Shown here one piece after another: positions 63,240 through 64,000 of a stretch of DNA of 64,000 nt. A program made the position numbers and the translations under genes. The notes beneath the pieces were generated by a model, which did no database searches, had not been told where the DNA came from, and was given only the letters and a program-made list of their open reading frames with translations. Numbering within the stretch: the stretch's first letter is position 1; the number at the start of each line of letters is the position of its first letter. This DNA comes from Octopus vulgaris (lineage: Eukaryota), in NCBI GenBank assembly GCA_951406725.2, contig OX597843.1:5208001-5272000 (forward strand), given 5' to 3'.

Positions 63240-63340
63240 CACATTATAAGCAACAGATTATATATATATATATATATATACATACACATTATAAGCAACA
63301 GATTATATATGTGTATATATATATATATATCTATACACAC
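62558..63340. repeat. (TA)/(CATA)-based compound satellite with a recurring ACACTGAATAATATAC marker
   Basis: Seen directly. Confidence 0.9.
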
Positions 63341-64000
63341 GTACACAAGCGTTGTAAGAGATTATATATATAACATAATTAAGGGATCAGCAAAAGGTCA
63401 TTCACCACATACCGAAATTTAGAAATAGCAGTCAAACTACTGATTCTTCTACTACAATATATCTCCACAAGCAGTATTTATATATAATATATATAAGGAG
63501 AGGACAGCAGCGTATATATATATACACATATACACTCTGCTCTGTGGGTAAATGTTAATATGTTAATTTATGTTAATTTATGCGAGTCGAGGAGGGGATT
63601 ACAGAACAGAGAGAGATGCACAGAGTCAGTTCATCTCCATCATCTGGGAAAAACATGCAATAACGGTTTTCTAAAAGACAAATTCTACAAAAAAACAGAG
63701 TCGAAAGTTGGAGGGGAGGGAGAGGAAGGGGGGAGGTTTTTAAGGAGAAATGCCGGGATTTGAACTCGGAATAGGAAAATATTTAAACAGTAATGGATAT
63801 AGGTACACACCTACATATGGAGAGAGAGAGAGAGAGCAATTGATTTCAATATATAATTGTGGGTATAGATATTTGCATGTGTATACACAAGTATTGGTGT
63901 ATATATATATATACATATATATATATATACAGGATTTCAGAATATAATTGTGGGTATAGATTTGTATGTGTATACACAAGTATTGGTATATATATATATA

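Overview
Eukaryotic, repeat-dense genomic DNA. It is most likely from an octopus or other coleoid cephalopod, inferred from the SINE families and the (TA)n/(CA)n/(CAC)n microsatellite load. There is a 100-N scaffold gap at 31784-31883. Two spliced protein-coding genes converge tail-to-tail. SLX1 (GIY-YIG/RING structure-specific endonuclease; + strand, 5 coding exons, 13147-20148, 279 aa) is intact. A class I fructose-bisphosphate aldolase (- strand, 7 coding exons, 42756-32590) is damaged as written: its catalytic-lysine exon is partly overwritten by a neighbouring tandem-repeat sequence and its last exon lacks one base, both probably consensus errors. Between the genes lies a decayed fragment of the ASPM C-terminus with no recognisable introns, split by a SINE. 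The rest is several tRNA-derived SINE families, mariner/Tc1, pogo/Tc2, piggyBac-, hAT- and Helitron-type non-autonomous elements, CR1 and RTE LINE ends, and 27-253 bp minisatellites. The least expected signal is a set of foldback elements carrying minimal type I hammerhead-ribozyme motifs (Penelope-like), including one palindrome whose arms each join a tRNA-like Pol III head to a hammerhead. Almost all entries in the supplied ORF track are microsatellite or SINE artefacts. All identifications are by eye; no database search was run.
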